Positions 39,699 through 48,117 of a stretch of DNA of 53,331 nucleotides are shown here, one piece after another. The position numbers were made by a program, and so were the translations under genes. Source of the stretch: a virus (lineage: Duplodnaviria > Caudoviricetes). The notes beneath the pieces were generated by a model, which saw nothing but the letters and a program-made list of their open reading frames with translations, did not search any database and had not been told where the DNA came from. Numbering within the stretch: position 1 is the stretch's first letter; every line of letters starts with the position of its first letter. The stretch lies in the IMG/VR virus record IMGVR_UViG_3300022690_001247, positions 1-53,331 of that record. One strand, written 5' to 3'.

Positions 39699-40444
39699 GT
39701 GGTGCTTTATTAGTAAGCGGTGAACCAATTCCACCAGATCCAAGTCAAACTTGTTACACACCTCTTCAAATAGCAACGTTTGGTTTTCTTCAGGAAGCTG
39801 ACTTTACTAATCTTACACTAGCTACATTTGGATGGTTGTGTGGAGTAGATGCACCAAACAATATTAAATTAGATTACTGTGATGCTGCTGTTGACAGACT
39901 GGCAGAGCAGTATAAAAATAGTCCTAATATTAAAACTGTACTGTGTGCTTTTGTCAACAGGATACAGGAGTTAGAGTTTGTATTTCAGGATTTACAAACA
40001 CTTAGATCTATATCAACAGCCACTAATAATGATCTTGATGTAATCGGTGAAATAGTCGGACTGGATAGAATGGGTTTAACTGATGAGCCGTATAGAACAG
40101 CACTCAGACTTCAAATAGTTATTAACACATCTAATGGAGAACCGGAATCAGTTATAGCGTATACATTAGCATTAACTTTAAGCACTACAATTATTTTAAA
40201 AGAAATTCAACCTGCAAGAATAGTATTGACTTCAAATGGTCCTGTAGCTAGTACAGCAATTGTAAGACAAATTGAAACATCTGTAGGTGCTGGGATTGCA
40301 GTAGAGTTAAATTCTACATTTGGGAATACACCAGTATTTACTTTTCTTCCAGATGCTGGAACACCTGCAATTCCGGATTCAGCAGGGTATTCTGAACCTA
40401 CAGTACCTAATAGTGGCGGACATTATACTGAAAAATTTACTTAA
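39695..40444 (+). CDS. Baseplate wedge protein, DUF2612-like, with an N-terminal extension
   Basis: RL.EQY..SPN, A....LD.IG.IVG..R, D..YR..L...I..N.S.G. Confidence 0.8.
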   Translation: MSGALLVSGEPIPPDPSQTCYTPLQIATFGFLQEADFTNLTLATFGWLCGVDAPNNIKLDYCDAAVDRLAEQYKNSPNIKTVLCAFVNRIQELEFVFQDLQTLRSISTATNNDLDVIGEIVGLDRMGLTDEPYRTALRLQIVINTSNGEPESVIAYTLALTLSTTIILKEIQPARIVLTSNGPVASTAIVRQIETSVGAGIAVELNSTFGNTPVFTFLPDAGTPAIPDSAGYSEPTVPNSGGHYTEKFT

Positions 40445-40455
40445 GGAGAATTTAA

Positions 40456-42033
40456 ATGGCAACCGAACCTAGTGACTTACCTCTATGGTCAACAGACGAA
40501 GACCCAGTATCAAATGCAGCTCCATCTGCTGGTAAAATAGCTGCGGGTTTTGATAACCAAGAACAGCCACCTAGACAAGATCATAATTTTCTATTTAACT
40601 TAATAGGTAAGTGGACAGATTTTCATAAACAGCAGGAAAATTTATCTACCACCAACATTAATGATGTAATTACAGCGGGTGGATTTGATCCAGTAACAGA
40701 TCCTGATAAGTTACTTGATGCACTTAATATCATAATAGACAAAGAAGGTGTGTGGGTGGATGCAACTAAGCATGGTCTAGTGACAGGAAGTCCTCCGGCT
40801 GGGACAAATAAAGATGCTTTAAATGCAGCTTTCGCTGTATCTCCATTTGTATTTATGCCACCAGGAACTTATGAGTTAGACACTGTTAGTGGGGACGTTA
40901 CTCCACCTGACGGGGCTATTTTGGCAGGTGCTGGGGTTTCAACTGTAATAAAATTTACTAGTTCTGGCACAAAATTTACACTCGATGACATTGATACGAC
41001 ATTCAGAAACTTTAAAATTGACAGTAACGCTTTATCAACAAAAGCTTTTGATCCTGCTCATACTGTAGAGGCTGTGACTAATATTCTTGGTATACAATTT
41101 ACTAACTGGGGTACTGGTGCTGCTGGTGCTTCCAGAGGAATTACTACGTCTGGAGGTACTGACAAAATAGGTTTAGTCAATATTATAGGGTGTGCCTTCT
41201 CTGGTTTCTCTGGAACTTCTGTATCTATATCAGCAGGAAATGTAGGTGATACAACATCTTCTAGAGTTAACTGCGAGAATTGCTTATTTATGGACACCCC
41301 CCCTGAATTTATCGGTATTACTAAAGCACTAAGACGGTTTCATAATAATGAAATATTTAACGGTGACTTAGCTGTAGAACAGGGTTTTAACTTAATATTT
41401 ACTGACAATGAAATGGATCTTGATGGGTGGTTTTTCACTGCATCTGAAGGACCTAAGTTTATAAATAACCATCTTCCAGGGACACTGGCAAATGCTTTTA
41501 CGTTTACTACAGCGTTCGTTAACTGGAGAGATAATAAAGATATCGATGGGTTAATACAGACCCATGCAGAAAATATTAATGGTGGATCTTTTGATGCACG
41601 GGCGGCATTGCAAGCAGTCCCTGTCGCGGGACCTCCGGGCACATATCAAGTTATAACTTGGACACTTAATCAGGTTAGTAGGATCTCAAATGATCTTCTT
41701 TATACTAAGGATACTCTGTATACTGGCTCAAACGAGTTTCAAGTCTTTGGATTAGGTGATGGTCATGTCACTATTCGTGTTGAATTTACTACTACCGGAC
41801 TTACTCCAACAAGTGAAAGAGCAGCTATTTTTATAAACGGGACACTTTTTCACAGACTTTCACAGTCTTTAGGTTCGTCTAATGAGCAATATTACAGTTT
41901 TAATGGACAAATTGAAGCTAATGTTGGTGACTTAATAGACATTCGGATCTTAAATAACAGTGCTGCGGCTTTTAATGTTTTGTCTCTTGGCATAGACAAT
42001 CTAGTCAGTTTTGTGCAAGTCGAGGGTCTATAG
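40456..42033 (+). CDS. Tail fibre/spike with a beta-helix (pectate-lyase-like) domain
   Basis: N-terminal P.W...P..K...GF...PP....N.L...W baseplate anchor; ALNAAF, VFMPPGTY, L.GAG.STVI. Confidence 0.8.
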   Translation: MATEPSDLPLWSTDEDPVSNAAPSAGKIAAGFDNQEQPPRQDHNFLFNLIGKWTDFHKQQENLSTTNINDVITAGGFDPVTDPDKLLDALNIIIDKEGVWVDATKHGLVTGSPPAGTNKDALNAAFAVSPFVFMPPGTYELDTVSGDVTPPDGAILAGAGVSTVIKFTSSGTKFTLDDIDTTFRNFKIDSNALSTKAFDPAHTVEAVTNILGIQFTNWGTGAAGASRGITTSGGTDKIGLVNIIGCAFSGFSGTSVSISAGNVGDTTSSRVNCENCLFMDTPPEFIGITKALRRFHNNEIFNGDLAVEQGFNLIFTDNEMDLDGWFFTASEGPKFINNHLPGTLANAFTFTTAFVNWRDNKDIDGLIQTHAENINGGSFDARAALQAVPVAGPPGTYQVITWTLNQVSRISNDLLYTKDTLYTGSNEFQVFGLGDGHVTIRVEFTTTGLTPTSERAAIFINGTLFHRLSQSLGSSNEQYYSFNGQIEANVGDLIDIRILNNSAAAFNVLSLGIDNLVSFVQVEGL

Positions 42034-42203
42034 AACCATACTCTTTGGTTCCAGTATTAGTGAAATTTTAGGTTATATAGAAGCTTAAGCACTATAAAGT
42101 CTAGAATCTCAATTATCTCCAAAAACATTGTTGTCAAGTTTTGTATTACCTGTACCCTTTCGTACCTAGTTTATAGGTATATATTTTGACTAATACGCCT
42201 CCA

Positions 42204-42228
42204 TAACTCGTTTATTTACAATGAGTTA
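42204..42228. promoter_or_regulatory. Palindromic site with overlapping IHF-like boxes
   Basis: TAACTC-N13-GAGTTA; minus-strand AATAAACGAGTTA is one mismatch from WATCAANNNNTTR. Confidence 0.4.
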
Positions 42229-42271
42229 CGTGGTAGTTAATACATTTCTTGAAAAAAAGATATAAAAACGG

Positions 42272-42299
42272 TTGACAAAAACAATAATCTTGGTACATT
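42272..42299 (+). promoter_or_regulatory. Sigma70-type promoter for the replication operon
   Basis: TTGACA-16 nt-TACATT with a TGn extended -10. Confidence 0.65.
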
Positions 42300-42306
42300 A
42301 TTTAGA

Positions 42307-43638
42307 GTGAAAAAGGCTAGAGTTTATCAACGAGAATTTTTGGATTTTACAAAGAATGTGGACAATCCTGGTATCGGGATGGAAACCAGAATGGGAAAAG
42401 TACTTTCCGCAGTCTGGACAGTGACCCGCTGGGAGAGTTATCCTGTTCTCGTCATAGCTCCCTTTTCAGCCATGGATGGATGGGAAGAGGACCTGACAGA
42501 TGAGGGAAAATCTTTTGTCTTATTGGTCGGGAACAGAGCCCGCAGGTCGATGCTTCTAAAAACTCAAAACCCTCAATATTTTATTGCAAATAAAGAGATT
42601 TACCGGGTGTGTCCAGATATTAGGGAGCACCCCTGGAAAACTGTAATTTTTGATGAGTCGGACAGTCTGGCCAACAATACTTCTACCACCAAATTTTACC
42701 TAACTAATTTTAGAAATGTAGATCACCGAATGGTGTTATCCGGGACACCCGATTACAGAAACGGGATGGATTATATCAATCAACTCTATTTTTTAAGCAA
42801 AGATTTACTTCCAGGGAAGAATTATTGGGAATTCAGGGCTAAAAAATGTGAGCTTAAAGACCAGTACACCTGGGGAATTAAGGCAAAGTATAAGCATGAG
42901 TTTCAAGGAGTTATCGCTAAGAATTTTTTTATCGCCAAACGTAAGGACTATAATTTAGGTCGTGAAATGGTTTATAAAAAGCACATGCTTCAATTACCAC
43001 CAACAATTCAAACGGCTTACACAAAGTTAGAACAGGAATATGTTTTAGAGTTTGAAAATATTGAAACCCAGTCCAGTACTTTTGCGATAGATGTTTACAC
43101 GACAATGAGCCAGTTGTTAGGCGGGTTTATTGGAGAGAAATTAGTCTGGGACGGCAAACTTAAAGCCCTAAAAAATTTATTGCTTAAAGACTTTAGGAAT
43201 GATCCGGTGGTTATTTACTGTTCACATATAGTGGAAATTGAAGCAGTTTATGAGTATTTAAAAAATAGTTTTACAACATTTATACATCATGGTGGTCTGC
43301 CTCAAAAACTTAGACGAGTGATTAGAAGAGCATTTCAAGAAGGCCCTTACCAACTTTTAATAGCTCAGCCGGAATCTATACAGTATGGGGTTAAGTTACA
43401 CAAGGCAAGAACTATTATAAATTTTACTCCAGCGAGGGGAAAGAAAATTAGAGATCAATGTTGTGATAGGATTCAAACTCTGGATGATAAAGATATCTGT
43501 TTAGTAATCGATTTTTTAGTTAAGAATACAATTGAAGAATACCAGCACACTGCAATGAAAATTCACGATATACAAAGGAATATTTTTGAAGCCGTTATTA
43601 AGAAAATCAAACAACAAAACCAACTTTCTTACAGTTGA
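42307..43638 (+). CDS. SNF2-like SF2 helicase
   Basis: YQ, METRMGK, VLVIAP, VIFDES, LSGTP, HGG, G.KL..A, Q..DRI. Confidence 0.88.
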   Translation: MKKARVYQREFLDFTKNVDNPGIGMETRMGKVLSAVWTVTRWESYPVLVIAPFSAMDGWEEDLTDEGKSFVLLVGNRARRSMLLKTQNPQYFIANKEIYRVCPDIREHPWKTVIFDESDSLANNTSTTKFYLTNFRNVDHRMVLSGTPDYRNGMDYINQLYFLSKDLLPGKNYWEFRAKKCELKDQYTWGIKAKYKHEFQGVIAKNFFIAKRKDYNLGREMVYKKHMLQLPPTIQTAYTKLEQEYVLEFENIETQSSTFAIDVYTTMSQLLGGFIGEKLVWDGKLKALKNLLLKDFRNDPVVIYCSHIVEIEAVYEYLKNSFTTFIHHGGLPQKLRRVIRRAFQEGPYQLLIAQPESIQYGVKLHKARTIINFTPARGKKIRDQCCDRIQTLDDKDICLVIDFLVKNTIEEYQHTAMKIHDIQRNIFEAVIKKIKQQNQLSYS

Positions 43639-44092
43639 TCCCGGCTGGAATACCGGGTTAGCCTACTGGCAAGGTGATAATGAACTGCCTTGGGTAGATA
43701 TAATAACAGAGCCAGGGAAAAATAAAAAACTTAAACTCGAAGAAGATAGAATAGAGTGGATGTTTTTAAAATTTGAAGCAAAAATAAAAGCCTTACCTCC
43801 TGTGTATAATAAATGTTTTATAGAGGGTTCAGAACTGTGGACTAGTTCTCCTGTATCTATGGCGGCGGCTGCACGAGGTGATACTTTTGGACTAGCTTAT
43901 ATTATTGGTGGATATATGTTTACATGTATGAAATATAGATTAGGTGTAGAAATAATAAATCCTAAAAAATGGAAGGCTCAATTAAACAAATTAAAATTAA
44001 CATATAGGTTGAATACACTATTAGGTATGGAGTATAAGGAACATATCCGTGAGGCTGTAGGTCTAGGTCTCTGGGTGAAAGGGGTATTATGA
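43586..44092 (+). CDS. RuvC-like Holliday junction resolvase
   Basis: LTVDPG.NTGLA, FIE, NPKKWK, H.REAVGLG. Confidence 0.8.
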   Translation: MKPLLRKSNNKTNFLTVDPGWNTGLAYWQGDNELPWVDIITEPGKNKKLKLEEDRIEWMFLKFEAKIKALPPVYNKCFIEGSELWTSSPVSMAAAARGDTFGLAYIIGGYMFTCMKYRLGVEIINPKKWKAQLNKLKLTYRLNTLLGMEYKEHIREAVGLGLWVKGVL

Positions 44093-45131
44093 TTTTATTT
44101 ATATTATTTTGTCAATTAATAATTATCATTTTGGTAGTTATAAGCATATGGTTAAACTCTCAAGGTCATCACATTTTAAGAGATGACGGGGAATCAATTA
44201 TAGAAATTGTTAGTGAAATGAATAAGTTTGCCGAAAAAGTTTATAAAAGGGAATTATAATATGAAAAATATACATGTATATGAAAATCCAAAATGTCTCT
44301 GTATACAAACAGAAACAAAAAGATTCTATATAAATATTGAAAAGGATTCTATATTTATTAAAATACATGCTGAATTGGATTTTATATCAGCACGGGAAGT
44401 CGACATGAACGCCTTGAGGATTTCATAGATGTATAGTTTAGATAACTCACTTCTCAAAAAAGGTATAAAATGGAAAGTATGTCTTTCAGAAGATAAGACA
44501 CGAGTCTATATAGACCTCTCTGGAAAAACCTTTTTAATACAACAACAAAATAATAATATCAAAATAACAAGAGCGGTGAATTCAAGAAACGTTGAAAATT
44601 ATTTAAGAATTAAAATCGAAGAGAAAGATGTAGTGGAGGTTCAGTGATGAGTAGTGACAAGATTATTTATAAATTAGATGGTAAAACTGTTAAAATTGAT
44701 CATGAAAGATGGGACGGAAGAGGTGATCATTTGGTTAGAATTGAAGGTAGCAGCAAAGTATATAAGTCAGGATCGAGTGGTCGTGTAACTTTGACTCTTA
44801 AAGGCAATTATCAGGTTGATAATCTCGTAGTAGTGCCTAATAAGTTTTGGGAATTAAAAATAGTTCAATATAAAGATGAGGTGCAGTGATGAATGTGGGT
44901 GAACTAATAGACCATTTAAAAACTCTTCCAAAAGAGTCACAAATGCACGGAATTAAGGTAAGTGATATATTTGATAATTGTTTGATTAAAGTACCTGAGG
45001 TTAAAAAATTTAATGTACAAAAATCTCTAGAATTTTTATTAAAAAACGAGCATGTTAACAAGACTATGCATGATAATGAAATTGGTGATTTTGAATTTTT
45101 TATAAATTTATTGGATCTATATGAAAACTGA
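44089..45131 (+). other. Small ORFs 44089-44259 (TM), 44261-44428, 44429-44647, 44644-44889, 44886-45131
   Basis: Coupled starts and stops within the replication operon. Confidence 0.55.
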
Positions 45132-46134
45132 AATAACACCACATACAATGGGTTGGCCCGAAGACTTCTCACTGGGAAAAGTAGGTATGTCTCAATCTCT
45201 CTGGAAGATATGGGAAGGGTGTAACCGTCATTTTCTGTTTGTAATCAATGGATATGAAGGACACCAGAAAAAAGAAAAATATTTATTCGGTAAGATTGCG
45301 CACGATGTGTTAGACCAAGCGTATCATCAAACTAAAGTTCCTGATAATAAAATGGTTGAAGATTTTATTGAAAATTATACATCTTCAAACCCTGAAGTAT
45401 ATTTAACAGTTGATAAACAACTAATTGAGTATGAGTTGGCTAAAGCCCAAGCTACTATGACAGTTTATTTTGAATTTTATAAAGACGATTTTGAAAATAA
45501 ACTGTTTAGAGATATTGAAAGGCCGTTCGATATAGTGTGGAATGGTTTAAGAATGAGGGGTAAAAAAGATGGGGCTTATTTTTCCAGTGGTCGTAAATGG
45601 AATTTAGAAACTAAAAATATGGGGCGCGTTAACGAGATTTTAATACAAGAATACTTACCTATGGATTTTCAAAACCAGTATTACATCATGGCAGATCATG
45701 AGAAACCTGTAGGTACATTATATAATGTTATCAGAAATACATCTTCAAAACCGTTAAAGGATGAAACACTTCATCAATGGATGGCTAAATTAGAAACTAA
45801 GATTCTTAAAGACCCTGAATATTATTTTAAAAGATTTGAACAACCTTATACTAAAAATGATATGGATATATTTGAACAAAATTTAAATATTAAAGTAAAT
45901 GATTTGAATTCTAAAATTGGAAAATTTGTATTTCCAAATACATCAAATTGTACAAAAGAATATAGATGTGACTTTCTAAATAGTTGCAGAAGTAACAATA
46001 TGAATGGGTTAAAGAAAAACCCCGGTAAATGTAATGACTATTTATTCCAGGAAACTAAGGAGCGAACAGATGCCAGTAGCAGCACGAAGATCAAAGCAAC
46101 CCGTCCTAAAATCAAAGCGGTTAGAAGAAAGTAA
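45121..46134 (+). CDS. PD-(D/E)XK (Cas4/RecB-like) exonuclease
   Basis: S.S....CNR, FG..AH, E, GKKDG, ETK, Q..Y, C....C....C. Confidence 0.85.
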   Translation: MKTEITPHTMGWPEDFSLGKVGMSQSLWKIWEGCNRHFLFVINGYEGHQKKEKYLFGKIAHDVLDQAYHQTKVPDNKMVEDFIENYTSSNPEVYLTVDKQLIEYELAKAQATMTVYFEFYKDDFENKLFRDIERPFDIVWNGLRMRGKKDGAYFSSGRKWNLETKNMGRVNEILIQEYLPMDFQNQYYIMADHEKPVGTLYNVIRNTSSKPLKDETLHQWMAKLETKILKDPEYYFKRFEQPYTKNDMDIFEQNLNIKVNDLNSKIGKFVFPNTSNCTKEYRCDFLNSCRSNNMNGLKKNPGKCNDYLFQETKERTDASSSTKIKATRPKIKAVRRK

Positions 46135-46915
46135 AGATTACTCTCTTCCTACAGAGAGATCTGAGCCTTCTGGTAATCTTTTTGATTCTATCATAATGAT
46201 TTATGGAAAGAAAAAAATTGGCAAGACTACATTGACAGATTGTTTTTCAAAAAATATGTTTCACCTCATGGTGGAACCTATGGCGAGACATCTGAGAGTA
46301 TTTCAAGAGCCTGTGGAGTCGTATAGGGATTTAATGGGGTACTATAATACATTAAAAAGTAATGGTCACACTTTTGATGCCTGGTCACTGGAAACGTTAC
46401 ATTTATTTTATGACAAATCTATGGACTATACCTGTGGTGACATGGGAATAAACCATCCTGGTGGACAAAATGATCGTGGGTTGGCGTGGAGTAGAGTACA
46501 AAAAGATTTTCAAGATATATTAATAAAATTATTACAGCTACCTTTAGGTGGGTTTTTTAACTGTCACGAGACTATCGACGAGATTGATACAAGAAATGGT
46601 TCGTCATATAAAATTATACGCCCTGAAGGCGGGGCTCAGGTTTGGAGATTTATAAATGCTAATATAGAAAATATTTGGTATTACCATTTAAGAGGTGATA
46701 AAAGATATCTGCAAGTACGTGGTGATGATCACGCCTATGCCTGTGTATCATGGACTGATAAATTTATTACTCCCAGTGGAGAATTGATAAGTGCGATCCC
46801 TCTAGGGAATAATCCACAACAAGGTTTTGAAAATATACTGAAAGCTTTTAATAATGAGCAAAAGGAGGCTTATAGGGAAATAAAAGTTAGTAACGCTAAA
46901 AGAATAAAAAAATAA
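46070..46915 (+). CDS. Sak4-like AAA_24 ATPase / recombinase
   Basis: IYGKKKIGKTT Walker A; AAGGAG SD supports start 46070; lies between nuclease and SSB. Confidence 0.8.
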   Translation: MPVAARRSKQPVLKSKRLEESKDYSLPTERSEPSGNLFDSIIMIYGKKKIGKTTLTDCFSKNMFHLMVEPMARHLRVFQEPVESYRDLMGYYNTLKSNGHTFDAWSLETLHLFYDKSMDYTCGDMGINHPGGQNDRGLAWSRVQKDFQDILIKLLQLPLGGFFNCHETIDEIDTRNGSSYKIIRPEGGAQVWRFINANIENIWYYHLRGDKRYLQVRGDDHAYACVSWTDKFITPSGELISAIPLGNNPQQGFENILKAFNNEQKEAYREIKVSNAKRIKK

Positions 46916-46943
46916 ATAACATTAAAAAAATGAGGTAAACAGA

Positions 46944-47786
46944 ATGACAAGTTCTTTAAAAGATAAATTAAAAAATTTAGACAATGATTTTTCAGATGTA
47001 CAAGAAAAATTTGGTTCAGATACCGGTAACGGATACCCTATACTTGAGGGTGGTGATTATATAGTTGATAACATCACTGCAAAGCTGATAGAAAATACCG
47101 AAGGTACTCTAATGGTAATTAGAGGTATGACGATTCTTGAAGGTGACTTATCTGGAGAAACCGGGTCTGATATTATGAATCTTGGTTCAGAACGTGGCCC
47201 TGAGTTTTTATTAAAATGGTTAAATTTTATGGGTTACACTATAACCACATTGTCCGATGATCTAGAAGACACCCTGGAGGCAATCACTAATAATACTTCA
47301 GCAACTGCTAAAGTTCACGTAAAACAATCTGATGACCATAAGTACAATAACTTTTATTTTAATTCTTTAGAGGATACAGGTAACGTGGATGATAGTCAAG
47401 ATATTCCTGTAAAAGAATCAGAATCTAGTGAGTTAGACGATATGAATATGCCGGAACTAAAAGAATATATTAAGGAGCACAAATTAAGTATTCGAATTAA
47501 AGCAACCACTAAAAAGCCTGATCTTATAAAAAGAATACAAGCGGCTCAACAAAACGGAACACCTGTTGTGCAACAAAAGGCCACAAGAAAAAAAGCTGAC
47601 ACAAATGGAACTTTTAGGGGTTTAAAAACCTTGTGTGAGGAGTTCCAATTTAAAACTGAGGGTATAGATGACTTGGAAGGTATAAAGACATTCTTAAAAT
47701 CCTATACCTTTAGTCCAGATGAACTCAGTACTCAAGAAACTGAATTACTTGAATCGGCTGGTCTTGAAAAACTGATAACTGGTTGA
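46944..47786 (+). CDS. ssDNA-binding protein (DUF669-like) with an acidic linker and HeH-like domain
   Basis: LEGGDY.V, ILEG..G, YNN.Y; follows Sak4; LDDMNMPELK...KKPDLI. Confidence 0.6.
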   Translation: MTSSLKDKLKNLDNDFSDVQEKFGSDTGNGYPILEGGDYIVDNITAKLIENTEGTLMVIRGMTILEGDLSGETGSDIMNLGSERGPEFLLKWLNFMGYTITTLSDDLEDTLEAITNNTSATAKVHVKQSDDHKYNNFYFNSLEDTGNVDDSQDIPVKESESSELDDMNMPELKEYIKEHKLSIRIKATTKKPDLIKRIQAAQQNGTPVVQQKATRKKADTNGTFRGLKTLCEEFQFKTEGIDDLEGIKTFLKSYTFSPDELSTQETELLESAGLEKLITG

Positions 47787-47829
47787 TGTTTACGTGACTC
47801 TATATGTTACTTTCTCACCACCAACACCG

Positions 47830-47869
47830 GGCAGCGTGGGACAAAGCCCAATACCTCCGCGCTGCCTTT
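47830..47869 (+). terminator. GC-rich stem-loop, possible terminator
   Basis: GGCAGCGTGG / CCGCGCTGCC 10-bp stem (one G-U), then TTT. Confidence 0.5.
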
Positions 47870-47874
47870 AAATA

Positions 47875-48117
47875 ATGGAAATAAATAAAATGAACACTAA
47901 CCTTTGGGCTAACTTTATTAAATGTCATTTTACAAAAATCCAATTAGATGTTATTATAGTAAGACGAAAAAATAAAACTCGGTTACAAACGGCATTTATT
48001 TTAAATGTTAGTGATGCAAATGTAAAATTCCACACTAGAAATATATTACAAAAATCAGGGATGAAAAGAATGGATGCGTTTTTTAATGTGTATGGTGACT
48101 TAGTAGATAAGTTATGA
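47875..48117 (+). CDS. LuxR/GerE-type HTH protein
   Basis: FT..Q.DV.......TA..LNVS..NVKFH..NI.QK.G. Confidence 0.75.
   Translation: MEINKMNTNLWANFIKCHFTKIQLDVIIVRRKNKTRLQTAFILNVSDANVKFHTRNILQKSGMKRMDAFFNVYGDLVDKL

Noticed and set aside
17389-41642. Numerous minus-strand ORFs opposite structural genes (e.g. 17389-17925, 22517-22924, 30463-30921, 34376-34759)
   Set aside because: They are antisense shadows of well-supported genes, with no motifs or RBS.
40456-42033. Diversity-generating retroelement or invertible cassette acting on the tail fibre
   Set aside because: I saw no reverse transcriptase, recombinase or template/variable repeat pair.
42109-42137. Minus-strand promoter TTGACA...GATAAT
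   Set aside because: The spacer is only 14 nt.
45121-46134. Cas4 as part of a CRISPR system
   Set aside because: I saw no repeat-spacer array or other cas genes. The context (Sak4, SSB) is a standard phage recombination module.
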